DNA from: a virus
Lineage: Duplodnaviria > Caudoviricetes
Direction: 5' to 3' (one strand)
Length of the DNA: 61,036 nucleotides
IMG/VR virus record: IMGVR_UViG_3300050343_000189
Coordinates: 1 to 61,036 of that record
Shown here: positions 42,631-53,082 of the stretch, one piece after another
Position numbering within the stretch: position 1 is the first letter of the stretch
How the letters are laid out: every line of letters begins with the position of its first letter
Translations under genes and position numbers: made by a program
Notes under the pieces: model-generated
The model's database searches: none
The model's input: the letters and a program-made list of their open reading frames with translations, nothing else
What the model was told of the DNA's origin: nothing

Positions 42631-43258
42631 TGACAAATCAATTAGGTGAAATGCCTAGTAAAACAGAGGAGAAAGAAATGGCCAATTATGGGTCAGAGGA
42701 AAGTAAAATTAATCCATCTGATTATGATTGTCAAATTCTTCTTGAGAAAACAACACATGAAGCATTGCAAATGATAAGTCTTTTCCTACAGATGCAAGAC
42801 TTATCTGGTACATTGTTGATGGTGTAGAGTGTATGGATCTTACTCGATGTAATAAAGTATCAAAGATGTTTGATATGTATTATGATCGATATGGAAAGGG
42901 ATCAGTTCAAAGAATTGACTTTGGATATGGTTCTATCAATCCAAAACTCTGGGGTATTAAACCAAAAGAACAGAAGAAAAGAAAATGAAACCTAGTGACG
43001 AAGATCTTAAAAAGGCGGTTGATATGTTAATTCGCCAAGAAATTCAAGAAAATATAAATGATTATGTTGATACAAAAGATACCACTAAAAAAGTGGACTT
43101 GGATTTGTTGAAGAAGATGAGTTGATGGTAAGTGTCTCTCAAAAAGAGATTGAAAAAATTATCAAACAATATAAAAAACTCAAAAAAAGTGAGAAATCAA
43201 ATCTATCTCAAGATTAAAAAATTAGGCACAGAATAAATATACCAGCAGGTAAATACGT

Positions 43259-43576
43259 ATGCTTTCTACCCAATATAGGTTGCGACTTGAAGCAATCTGC
43301 GAAAAGATAATTCTTAACGAAGAAGTATCTTTATCTGATATGATCTGGGCAAACAAATTAGCAAAGTCAAATCAAAGTGCATCATCAATACTAAGGAAAG
43401 CACGTAGACAATCAAGAAACCCTGACATGAAGGAGGGTGGTCTTGATGATTTTATGAACCAGATGGACCTTGGGGACCCTGATCCATCTAATCATTCATC
43501 AGGGTTCGGTAGTGCTGATGACATTGCAGACTGGTTTTCTCATGAAAAAACTGATGACTGGAGACAACGTGATTAA
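43259..43576 (+). CDS. Hypothetical cyanophage protein
   Basis: MLSTQYRLRLEAIC...DDWRQRD, clean ORF. Confidence 0.75.
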   Translation: MLSTQYRLRLEAICEKIILNEEVSLSDMIWANKLAKSNQSASSILRKARRQSRNPDMKEGGLDDFMNQMDLGDPDPSNHSSGFGSADDIADWFSHEKTDDWRQRD

Positions 43577-43704
43577 AGATTATGTTACAATCACAACATG
43601 GGATAGACAATTCCAGTGTGTGCGTTATCATTATGTTCATAAGTCTTCTCCTAATCCAGTAAGAGAAGTAAAAAATTTATTCCCATTCGAGGAAGTATAC
43701 GAAG

Positions 43705-43947
43705 ATGCAAGCAGTAATTTACAGTAACGGTAGTCAAGAATGTGAACGAGCTGGTATGCTCTTGAAAAGTATTCACGAAGATTTCCATGAATACTTTTTG
43801 GATGAAGACTTTACAGATAAACAGTTTCATGCAGAGTTTGGTGGAAATGCAGAGTATCCACAAATTTCTATTGGACTCAAGCATCGTGGTGGTCTCAAGG
43901 AGACCTTGCATTATTTGAATAACCATAATTATAAATGTTCGTGTTGA
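43705..43947 (+). CDS. Glutaredoxin-like protein lacking CxxC
   Basis: IYSNGSQECER, AEYPQISIG..HRGGLKET. Confidence 0.7.
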   Translation: MQAVIYSNGSQECERAGMLLKSIHEDFHEYFLDEDFTDKQFHAEFGGNAEYPQISIGLKHRGGLKETLHYLNNHNYKCSC

Positions 43948-43958
43948 TACGAAGACAC

Positions 43959-43987
43959 TTGACTAAATAATGTATGAGGTCTATAAT
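43959..43987 (+). promoter_or_regulatory. sigma70 promoter with embedded late promoter
   Basis: TTGACT-17 nt-TATAAT; CTAAATA at 43963. Confidence 0.8.
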
Positions 43988-43996
43988 AAGACCTGA

Positions 43997-44222
43997 CGTT
44001 CATCCCACTCTTGGGTGGGACGCAAGTAAGTCGCGGAACGGAGCCGTTCATCCCATGATTGATTTTTCTTATATTCAACACTCAGTTGTTCTGATGCCGA
44101 TGCAATTATGCTACGGATGAAGAATAATGAAAATCTTAACAATCAAGTTAGGATTGAATTGATTGAGGTTATGAAGGAGTCATCTCCTGATTGCTATTGG
44201 GACGCAAACGACTAAAGGAACG
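43997..44222 (+). promoter_or_regulatory. Glutamine riboswitch (glnA-type) with nested second module
   Basis: P1 CGTTC/GAACG, P2 TCCCAC/GTGGGA, CGCAAGTAA, P3 GTCG/CGAC, TAAAGGAACG; lies upstream of a DUF4278-like gene. Confidence 0.75.
44055..44215 (+). CDS. ~53 aa hypothetical protein inside the riboswitch (one frameshift)
   Basis: GGAG at 44040, ATG at 44055; MIDF..LYSTLSCSDADAIMLRMKNNENLNNQVRIELIEVMKESSPDCYWDAND-stop. Confidence 0.6.
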
Positions 44223-44257
44223 GACCTAAAAATCCAACTACTTTAGGAGTACCTACA

Positions 44258-44425
44258 ATGAACACACTAAACATGATCAAGAAGCAGATCAACAAAGCAT
44301 CTGCTGTTCACGACGCACAGATTACTCACACCTCATATCGTGGTGTTGAGTATTCTACTCGTTGTGTAGAAAGCAAAGAGTCTCACGGGACTTTCTGCTA
44401 TCGTGGACGCACTTACACTAAGTGA
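44258..44425 (+). CDS. DUF4278-like small protein (GS inactivating factor-like)
   Basis: 55 aa with two YRG motifs (SYRGVEY, CYRGRTY); SD AGGAG at 44245. Confidence 0.75.
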   Translation: MNTLNMIKKQINKASAVHDAQITHTSYRGVEYSTRCVESKESHGTFCYRGRTYTK

Positions 44426-44452
44426 TTGTCAAACCGATTAAATAGTGTTATG

Positions 44453-44477
44453 ATGGGAGGGAAACCTCCCATTTTTT
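44453..44477 (+). terminator. Intrinsic terminator
   Basis: ATGGGAGG-GAAA-CCTCCCAT plus T tract. Confidence 0.85.
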
Positions 44478-44657
44478 ATGGAAAGAGATAAACTAAAACT
44501 GATAGTAAAGAATCTAAAACTGCTGGTTGATGCTCTTGAGTCTGAGGTATACTCTGATGTAGATGTATACACGACCAAGCAAGAAAATTTTGATGATCCT
44601 GCTTCCAACTACATATTAGATTATGACGAAGTTTTTGAGGACGACGATGGATAAGAT
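44478..44657 (+). CDS. Small acidic hypothetical protein
   Basis: MERDKLKLIVKNLKLLVDALESEVYSDVD...DYDEVFEDDDG. Confidence 0.6.
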
Positions 44658-44797
44658 AGATACACAAGGGATGAGTTTTCCTAGTAGTGGTAAATCAAAA
44701 TCAAAGAAATCATATCCACCACTGGTAATACCAAAACGAAATGTCTTTACTGATTTAGAAAGACAAGAACTAAAAGACATTATTAACGAGACACTTG

Positions 44798-45445
44798 ATG
44801 AACGAGAACAACGTAAAACTAATCAGCGCAACTCCTGATGCAGAGAAGCACATGGCATACTGTGCCCGTGTGTCGAACCCTAACAACCAGGAGAATGAAA
44901 AGTTCTCTGGACTCCTCAAGTATTGTGTGAAGCATCAGCACTGGAGTATTTTTGAGCAAGCATATATGACTCTGGAGTTGAATACTACTAGAGGAATCGC
45001 AGCTCAAGTGCTTCGACATCGTTCATTTACATACCAGGAATTTTCACAACGATATGCTGATAGTTCCCTACTCGCGGAGGAGATCCCTCTACCTGAACTA
45101 CGCAGACAAGACACCAAGAATCGTCAGAATTCTATTGATGATATTGATGCGTTTGTTCGACAAGAGTTCCAAATCAAAATGCAAAAACACTTTGAAGAGG
45201 GAATGAAACTATACAAAGAGATGCTTGATGCATCGATTGCAAAGGAGTGTGCTCGCTTTGTGCTCCCTTTGGCATGTCCCACCAAAATTTACATGACAGG
45301 ATCAGTTCGGTCGTGGATCCATTATATCGATTTGCGTTCTGCAAATGGTACACAGAAGGAACATATGGATCTTGCATTAGGTGCAAAAGAAATCTTCTGT
45401 GAACAATTCCCTGCTGTTGCTGAAGCAATGGAATGGGTTTCATAA
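44798..45445 (+). CDS. thyX: Flavin-dependent thymidylate synthase
   Basis: HWSIFEQ, LRHRSFTYQEFSQRY, KECARFVLP. Confidence 0.96.
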   Translation: MNENNVKLISATPDAEKHMAYCARVSNPNNQENEKFSGLLKYCVKHQHWSIFEQAYMTLELNTTRGIAAQVLRHRSFTYQEFSQRYADSSLLAEEIPLPELRRQDTKNRQNSIDDIDAFVRQEFQIKMQKHFEEGMKLYKEMLDASIAKECARFVLPLACPTKIYMTGSVRSWIHYIDLRSANGTQKEHMDLALGAKEIFCEQFPAVAEAMEWVS

Positions 45446-45468
45446 ATATTTACACCAACAATTGAGCT

Positions 45469-45718
45469 ATGCCAACATACCCCGTTATTAATTTAGAAAC
45501 AAAAGAGAAGAAGACACTCAGTATGACTATGAAAGCATACTCGGAGTGGAAAGAAGAGAACCCAGGATGGGATAAAGATTGGTCAGAAGGATGTGCAGGA
45601 CAGTCTACTGAGTTTAAGTGGACTGGTGAATCCTAAATCCAGTGGATGGAATGAAGTTTTGGATCGTGCATCTAAACAACCAGGTGCAAATGTCCGCAAA
45701 AACCGTTACTACGGTTAA
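45469..45718 (+). CDS. Small hypothetical protein (internal in-frame stop, probably an error)
   Basis: MPTYPVINLETKEKK...WKEENPGWDKDW...GWNEVLDRASKQPGA; CATAAATA at 45442. Confidence 0.55.
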
Positions 45719-45740
45719 TTCTTCTAATCTTTTATAGTGT

Positions 45741-46492
45741 ATGCCAGCAAAAAGAAAGACTCAAACTCCAGTCCCATTTGGGATGTCCAATAGACAAATG
45801 AAAAGAAAAAAACCAATCAACTCAGACTTAATGAGGAAGATTGAACCCCTGACAGAAAATCAGGAGGAACTCTTCCGTTGCTATAAGAATGATCAGAACC
45901 TTGTAGCATATGGTGCAGCAGGAACAGGTAAGACCTTTATTACCCTCTACAATGCTCTTAAGGATGTTCTTGATGAAAGGACACCTTATGATAAGATCTA
46001 CCTTGTCAGGTCTCTTGTAGCAACCAGAGAGATTGGTTTTTTACCTGGAGATCATGAAGACAAGTCTTCACTTTATCAAATTCCATATAAGAATATGGTA
46101 AAGTATATGTTTGAGATGCCTACTGATACAGACTTTGAAATGCTGTATGGCAATCTTAAAGCACAAGGAACAATTAGTTTCTGGTCTACTTCTTTTATCC
46201 GTGGTACTACACTTGATAATGCAATTATTATTGTTGATGAATTTCAAAACTTGAATTTTCATGAACTTGATAGTATAATTACAAGGATTGGACAAGAATC
46301 TAAAATCATGTTCTGTGGTGATGCCACTCAATCTGATCTTATTAAATCTGCAGAGAAGAATGGTATTGCAGACTTCATGAGAATTCTTAGAACAATGCCA
46401 TCATGGATATTATTGAGTTTGGTGTTGAAGATATTGTTCGTTCAGGACTCTGTAAAGAATACTTAATTGCAAAAATGGATCTTAATCTATGA
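45741..46492 (+). CDS. phoH: PhoH-family ATPase
   Basis: GAAGTGKT, IGFLPGD, FIRGTTLD, VDEFQN, CGDATQSD. Confidence 0.95.
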
Positions 46493-47173
46493 CATTTATT
46501 CATCATAATTTTCTAGGTGACCTTGAATTAAATAAGAAAGAAACAACTGGCATCCGTCTCTATAACTTACCTAATGGAGACTGGGTGCCTTCTATTACGT
46601 CTGTAACTTCTTTTTATAACCGACAGATTTTTGTTAAGTGGCGTAAACGAGTTGGTGTTGAAGAAGCAAATCGTATTACAAAAAAAGCAACTACCCGTGG
46701 TACTGATTTCCACGAAGCAGTTGAAGTATACATGAGGAACAATGAAATAAATTGGGATGACTTTCGTCCACTCACCCAGTTTATGTTTCATCATGCCAAA
46801 CCATATCTAGATAAGATAAATAACATACACGCTATTGAAAGAACTCTGTACTCTGAGTATCTTGGATTAGCTGGTAGAGTTGACTGTATTCGGCGAATAC
46901 GAAGGAGAACTTGCAGTCATTGACTTTAAGACTTCTGAAAAGATTAAACCAGAAGCATGGTTAGAAAATTATTTCGTTCAAGAAACTTTTTATGCTGCTG
47001 CCTACTATGAACTGACTGGTATCCCCGTTAAAAAACTCATCACTATCATGGTTACACCTGGTGGAGAGGTTAAAGTATTTGACAAAAGAAACAAAGGGGA
47101 TTATATTAAGTTATTAGTTAGATACATTAAAGAGTTTGTACATCACAATACTAGGTCAGAGAATGGGGAATGA
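46489..47173 (+). CDS. PD-(D/E)XK exonuclease (RecB/Cas4-like; one frameshift)
   Basis: PSITSV, RGTDFH, AGRVDC, IDFKTS, YFVQ..YA. Confidence 0.9.
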
Positions 47174-47420
47174 ACTAGAAAAAGCACTAGAGAATAAGTT
47201 TTTCTGCCCCTCTCGTTTTGCACAAGAGATTGAATCTCTTGTTCTCAGTGCTGAAAAAATGAGTTATATTGATGCTATTATTCACTTCTGTGAAAAGAAT
47301 AGTCTTGATCTAGAGTCAGTTCCTAAACTGATATCTAAACCTCTAAAAGAAAAAATTAAATGCGAAGCTCAGGAACTTAATTTCCTGAAGAGAAGTTCCC
47401 GTGCCAAATTACCCCTTTAA
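47163..47420 (+). CDS. 33: Late promoter transcription coactivator gp33
   Basis: FAQEIE, SYIDAI, LKEKIKCEAQELNFL; next to gene 59. Confidence 0.88.
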   Translation: MGNELEKALENKFFCPSRFAQEIESLVLSAEKMSYIDAIIHFCEKNSLDLESVPKLISKPLKEKIKCEAQELNFLKRSSRAKLPL

Positions 47421-47474
47421 ATCCATTTGGGGGGGAAAAAATTTCCGGCAAAAATTTGACTCTATTACTTTTTC

Positions 47475-48068
47475 ATGATGCCGTTTGATGCCTACAAGCA
47501 ATACCTTTCGTTGAAGAATCACTTCACGAAAGAAAAGTATGACTACCACAAGTATTGTGGTAAAAGTCGTGCTACAGTTCAATCTTTTTATAAAAGAAAA
47601 GATAGATTTTGGTTTGAAAAGTTATCAAGAAATAAAGATGATAAGGAAGTAATTGAGTTCTTCATATCTAATTTTATTACTTGCACTGATCCAAGTAAAC
47701 TTTGGATAGGAGAAATGATACGAGAGGGTGAAGGTAGATATACTTCATGGAAGAAAAGAACACAATCACTTTCGTATGTTTTTAAAGAAGAAGTAGAAAA
47801 AATATTTTCTGATAGTAATTTTGATTCAATATTCTCTTTAGATGAATCTACACATCCTCAGATACTTAAAGAATATCTGAAGGATAATATTTCAATTGAA
47901 ACTTTTGTTATTCTTGATAGAATACTTGGTTTCAGAAAAGACTGGGATGAAAAATTATCTGATCCAGTTTGGGAGACAGTCAGTATGAGAATGAAAAAGT
48001 ATTCTCCATTCCTAAATATTGATGTATCTCGTTATAAAAAAATTCTTAAAAAGGTTGTGATAGGGTAA
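47475..48068 (+). CDS. 59: Helicase loader gp59
   Basis: YLSLKNHF..KYDY.KY, F.KRKDR, ISIETF. Confidence 0.92.
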   Translation: MMPFDAYKQYLSLKNHFTKEKYDYHKYCGKSRATVQSFYKRKDRFWFEKLSRNKDDKEVIEFFISNFITCTDPSKLWIGEMIREGEGRYTSWKKRTQSLSYVFKEEVEKIFSDSNFDSIFSLDESTHPQILKEYLKDNISIETFVILDRILGFRKDWDEKLSDPVWETVSMRMKKYSPFLNIDVSRYKKILKKVVIG

Positions 48069-48413
48069 TGAGTTTTTTCGATTCTGATGTAGTCCGTGCA
48101 GAAATGACGGAAATAGGTGAGTTGCAAGATGATGTTTATCGTAACGTCTTCAAGTTTCCTAATATGTCAAAAGAAGAGCAGAAATTTCATGTTGCTCTTC
48201 TTGAAAAACTTGATTGATAAACAAAGAGTTTTATATACTCGTTTAAGTTTATCTGATGATCCTGAAGCAAAGATGATGAAGGATCGCATTATTGAATCTG
48301 CAACCATGATGGGACTTCCTCCCAACACAGGCATGAATACTGTCTTTAGTAACATGTCTAAAATGCTTGAAGTGATGAAGAAACAGATTGACAAAACTGA
48401 TTCTGACCTATAG
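48068..48413 (+). CDS. DUF1825-like protein (frameshifted)
   Basis: MSFFDSDVVRAEM...KQRVLYTRLSLSDDPEA. Confidence 0.7.
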
Positions 48414-48416
48414 AAT
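48388..48416 (+). promoter_or_regulatory. sigma70 promoter of gene 32
   Basis: TTGACA-17 nt-TAGAAT. Confidence 0.75.
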
Positions 48417-48460
48417 GAAGAGGTACACAAAAGCCAAATCCAAAAAATCTAAAGAATCCT

Positions 48461-49386
48461 ATGTCTTTCGCAAATCTTAAAAAGCAATCCTCTCTTGGTT
48501 CCCTTACCTCTAAACTGGTAAAGGAAGTTGAGAAGATGAACAATACCAGTAGCGGTGGAGATGACCGTCTCTGGAAACCTGAAATGGATAAGACCGGCAA
48601 TGGTTATGCCGTCATTCGTTTCCTCCCTGCTCCTGAAGGAGAAGATCTCCCTTGGGCAAAGATGTACTCCCATGCCTTCCAAGGTCCTGGTGGATGGTAC
48701 ATTGAAAACTCTTTGACTACAACTGGTGGTAAAGACCCTGTATCCGAGTACAATCGTGAACTCTGGAACAGTGGTAATGAATCAGATAAAGATACTGTTC
48801 GTAAGCAGAAACGCAAACTCTCTTACTATGCCAACATCTATGTTGTGCAGGACAAGGCTAACCCTCAGAATGAAGGTCGTGTCTTCCTGTATAAGTTTGG
48901 TAAGAAGATCTTTGATAAGGTCATGGAAGCAATGCAACCTGAGTATGAAGATGAAACAGCAATCAATCCGTTTGACTTCTGGCAGGGTGCTAACTTCAAA
49001 CTGAAACTGAAGAAGGTTGCAGGTTACTGGAACTATGATTCTTCTGAGTTTGATCACCTTCACCTCTTCTGGATGATGACGATGCACTGGAAGCACTGTG
49101 GAAGAAGCAGTATTCATTGACTGCTCTCACTGCTGCAGATCAATTCAAGTCCTATGAACAACTACAAACACGTTTGAAGATGGTTCTGGGTCAGAAGTCT
49201 GCACCTGCTCGTTATGATGAAGAGACTGACAACGAAGACAACTCTCGCGGTAGTTTTGCTCCTGACTGGGCAGCAAAGAGTGCTCCTGCTGCAGACTTCA
49301 ATGCACCTGACATCACTCCAACAAAGTCTGCTGACTCTGATGAAGATGATGCTCTGTCCTACTTCCAGAAACTTGCTGAAGAATAA
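48461..49386 (+). CDS. 32: Single-stranded DNA binding protein gp32 (one frameshift)
   Basis: DDRLWKP..DKTGNGYAVIRFLP, YKFGKKIFDK, NYDSSEF, acidic tail DDALSYFQKLAEE. Confidence 0.96.
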
Positions 49387-49502
49387 TGGATAGTGCAGTT
49401 CATGCATGGAACACCATGAGTTACGGAGAAGGATTTCTCTTCTCCGTCTGGTTGTTAGGAATGTATTACATCAAACTTAGGATGGACAAATACTTCCAAT
49501 AA

Positions 49503-50159
49503 TCAACTATAAATCCTAATATTATCTCCCGTTTTTAAGGTTCTAGTCTTATACTGACTAGAACCTTTTTTATATGTCATAAGAAGTTCAAGATCATCTA
49601 AAACAATCTGTAGGTATCTTGGTTTTAATAAGAATATATTTCTTCTATTTGTTTGTAGTTCCTCTTCATATTGATAATTTGTTATTTCTTTAGTTGGATA
49701 TGATGTAGTATATCCACCATTATCAAAGTATGTGATACTGTAATCAGAAGGAACTCTAAGACCTGGAGTTACCATTACAACACCGTCACTATTTTTAGTT
49801 TCTACAGTTTCGTAATGATGAGTTGAGTATAGATTATCATAAGTATCATACTTCTCTAGGAGGAAGGAATCAAATCCTCTTTGAGTTAATGGCCATTCTG
49901 TTTGAATATTTTGAATATTATTACAAACTAAAACCAACCAATCTAAATTTTGATCACCATAAAATTCAGATGCAACATTATCTGGTCGATCGTCTCCTCT
50001 AATCTGATACTTTGAGAACACAGAAAGATCTTGAAAAATATCTTCTCTGAGTTTGCCTCTTTTAAATAGATTTTTTACAGGAATGTAGTCTGATATATTA
50101 GCATCTGGAAGCCTACTAACATATTCAAAATTTGGAACTCTGCTAAAGTAGTTTGACAT
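49503..50159 (-). CDS. 53: Baseplate wedge subunit gp53
   Basis: YFSRVPNFEY, DRPDNVA..YGD..DWLVL..N, HHYET, YQYEE...R.I.LLKP. Confidence 0.88.
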   Translation of the reverse strand: MSNYFSRVPNFEYVSRLPDANISDYIPVKNLFKRGKLREDIFQDLSVFSKYQIRGDDRPDNVASEFYGDQNLDWLVLVCNNIQNIQTEWPLTQRGFDSFLLEKYDTYDNLYSTHHYETVETKNSDGVVMVTPGLRVPSDYSITYFDNGGYTTSYPTKEITNYQYEEELQTNRRNIFLLKPRYLQIVLDDLELLMTYKKGSSQYKTRTLKTGDNIRIYS

Positions 50160-50160
50160 T

Positions 50161-51290
50161 TTAGAATCCTATTGCGTCATGTGGGAATATCGTCAAATCA
50201 TCATAATCTTCGAAGAATACAGGCTCAAGTTCTTTAAATGACATTGATATTGTATATGATGTCATAACTCCATCTTCATATGTAGAGTAGTTTCCATCTG
50301 GAGTATAATCAACCTCAAATGATGTCATTGCACATTCTTTCATTCTTCCTATAAATTTATGTTCATCTGATCCACCGTTTCCTCTATGAAGATAGTGTAC
50401 CTGAAAAGTATTTGGTGCTTTTAAGAATAGGTTTGCAGATTCTCCACCACTTCCACCACCTTTTTGTGGTGCCATATTTTGTTTGAAGAATCTAATAATT
50501 TTAATAATTTGTTTTGCTTCGTTTGCGTTCCTTGCAGACATTCTAAACTGAAAAGAGAATGGTCTCAGTGTTGGTTTTTGGAAAAGAAGTTCAAGGTTAG
50601 GATTTTGATCTTTCCTTGGTTCTTGATAAAAGTCCTTTTACTTGAGCAGCATTTTCTGCAAATTTAGTTGCTAAAGCTTCTTGAAACGTCTGCTGTGTCA
50701 GTTTGTATTTGACCTTTGCTTCGTCTATAGCTTTTCCCATACCAGCACCTCCTCCAGTGATAGTTTTCAGTGCTATCCCTGCCAGTGCTATTTGACCAGG
50801 ATCCATTGTTTCTTCACCCCAACCAGCAGCATTCTGATCTTTGATACCAGACTGAATAGGAAGAGTTACTGTTCCCTTGCTTCTACCACCTGTAGTTCCA
50901 GTTGGAACTCTGGGTCTACCTCCAAAAGTGAATCCAGTTAATTGTTTTACTGCATATGAGAGTGCAGTAAATTGTATAACATCCTGTCCATCTGCTATAG
51001 TTTTGAGGATACTGCATGTTTTCCAAAGTCTCTAGTAGTAGTTGATGGGGGTGCACCTTGCGAATCTCCAGATTCTGGTTGTGTGGAGGTATTTTTTGCA
51101 CTAGAAATAATATTACCTTTCTCTTCAGGTGATATAGTTGGTTCTTTATCTATTTTTTTCTGAATATTAGCATCAATATTTTTTTGAATATCACTTCTTT
51201 TACTTGAACCTAGATCCTTAACTAAATCAGCACCTGCTACTCCATCCATTAAAGGATACTTTGGATCAGAAAATTGATATGTTTTTATCC
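50161..51290 (-). CDS. 48: Baseplate tail tube cap gp48-like (frameshifted, 5' end corrupted)
   Basis: VTLPIQSGI, PNLELLFQKPTLRPFSF, FLKAPNTF, VDYTPDG, SFKELEP. Confidence 0.78.
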
Positions 51291-51312
51291 TTTGTATTTA
51301 GCACACACTTTT

Positions 51313-51689
51313 CTTATAGTTTAGTGACATAAGAACTGTCATCAAGTTCTTCTTGATTGAACAATCCATATGGAGGGGTTCCTGCACCTTGACTTCCTAG
51401 TTCTGACATAAGGTCCAAGTTCTTCTTGTTGTATATTGTTCTGCCCTATAATCTCTGAGATGAAAGTTAATTCCACGAAATCCCCATGGGAATATATCAC
51501 TTACTGCAACTAATGGGTGTTGATCATATGTAATTTTGGTGTTTTGCATAATACTTGAAGGTGCATATAGTTCCTGCTTCAGGTATTGGTGTCACAGTAT
51601 CATTCAATGCATATAGTATCAAATCCATCCTATCTTCAAGATCTTTTTCAGATTTAAACTCTTGAATATTAGGTTCTATGCGGTTCATT
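51313..51689 (-). CDS. Hypothetical protein, possibly gp2 DNA-end-protector-related (corrupted)
   Basis: YDQHPLVAV..FPWGFRGINFH. Confidence 0.5.
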
Positions 51690-52129
51690 TGATACCTAGT
51701 TCGTCTTCTGTGATTATTTTAAAATTTATTCTTCTGTCTTCACAAAATTCAGTTGCTGCTTTCCACTTTGCTTGATTGACAGCATATGTTTTGCATTCAT
51801 AAATGTATGATTTAGTTACTCTTGATTTTTTCTTTGGGGGTTGAGTCTGTCTTTTAGGTTTCACCTCAATCACATAAGTTTTTATTTGCCCCGTACTTTC
51901 TTTTACTTTGATAATAAAGTCTGGGTAAGTACTTATGAATTCTTCTATCAACTGGTGAGATATATGGGATATGAAATTCTTCACTACCCCACTGGAGAAT
52001 GTTTTCATTTAAGTCACAGTATCTACAGAACTTACGTTCCCAACTACTTCTACATATAATATTTGATGAATCACCTTGATATTTGTTTGGAAATGATGGT
52101 TTGTATTTACTCTTAATACTTTCTGCCAT
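51685..52129 (-). CDS. 4: Head completion nuclease gp4 (one frameshift)
   Basis: KYQGD...RSSWERKFC, WGSEE..IPY.SP, YPDF, IEVKP, NQAKW.AA. Confidence 0.9.
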
Positions 52130-52159
52130 ACATAATATACAAGGTAAAACTATTTATAA

Positions 52160-52795
52160 ATGCCATCCTCAAAGACGATAGCTGATTTAAAAACTAAATT
52201 TCTTAAACCAGCATTAACTTCTCATTATGAAGTTACGATTCCTTTAGGTTCTTTACCAGAGGGTATAAAAAGTATTGGAAAAGGATTAAGTGCTTTAGAT
52301 CAAGCAGATTTAAATTTAAGTTGTATGGAGACATCATTACCTGGTTCTTCATTAGCAACCTTTGAAGTAAAGAATGATTATACTGGTGTAACTGAGAGAC
52401 TTGCTCATAGGAGAATGTATGATGATAGAATTGATTTTACATTCTTAGTTGATGCAGAAAAATATTTTGCAATAAGAATTTTTGAAAAATGGATGAGATA
52501 TATTGCCGGAGAAGATGCTGATCGTGAGGATGGAGAAACACTAACAACAAGAGGTGTAAATTATCATTACAGAGTTAGATATCCAGGAACTGGAGCTGAT
52601 ACAACTGGATATAGATGTACAGATGGTTTAACGATAACAAAATTTGAAAAAGATATGAGAAATAGTTTAACTTATGAGTTTATTGGAGCATATCCAATAT
52701 CAATATCTTCGATGCCAGTGTCTTATGAATCATCAAGTCTTTTAAAATGTACAGTTTCTATGTCATATCTAAGATATGTCATGACTGAGTTGTAA
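52160..52795 (+). CDS. Tail tube-like protein (gp19/gp54 family)
   Basis: LSCMETSLPG, RMYDDRIDFTF, FEKWM, AYPISISSMPVSY. Confidence 0.72.
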   Translation: MPSSKTIADLKTKFLKPALTSHYEVTIPLGSLPEGIKSIGKGLSALDQADLNLSCMETSLPGSSLATFEVKNDYTGVTERLAHRRMYDDRIDFTFLVDAEKYFAIRIFEKWMRYIAGEDADREDGETLTTRGVNYHYRVRYPGTGADTTGYRCTDGLTITKFEKDMRNSLTYEFIGAYPISISSMPVSYESSSLLKCTVSMSYLRYVMTEL

Positions 52796-53082
52796 AACCA
52801 GATCCTACTCCTACTATTAAACCACAAGCAGCTAAAGCAGATAAAGAAAATACTCAAGAACTACCAGTTGCTCAAAAAAATGAATCTAAATCCAGGCAAC
52901 ACTGCTGGAGAAGGCACTGCATTTGTTGAGACCGATAGTGCTACTGGAGATAGACCAGGCGCAGATGATGGACCATTATTAAAAGCTGATGGAACACTTG
53001 CGTATGATTCATCAGGTAACGTACAATAAGTTCTTAAAAAACCTCTCTAAATAATCACACTGAAACATATCTATAGGTTATT

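Noticed and set aside
46489-47173. Cas4-like nuclease as part of a CRISPR system
   Set aside because: No repeat-spacer array or other cas genes seen; it sits in the usual phoH-exonuclease-33-59 core block.
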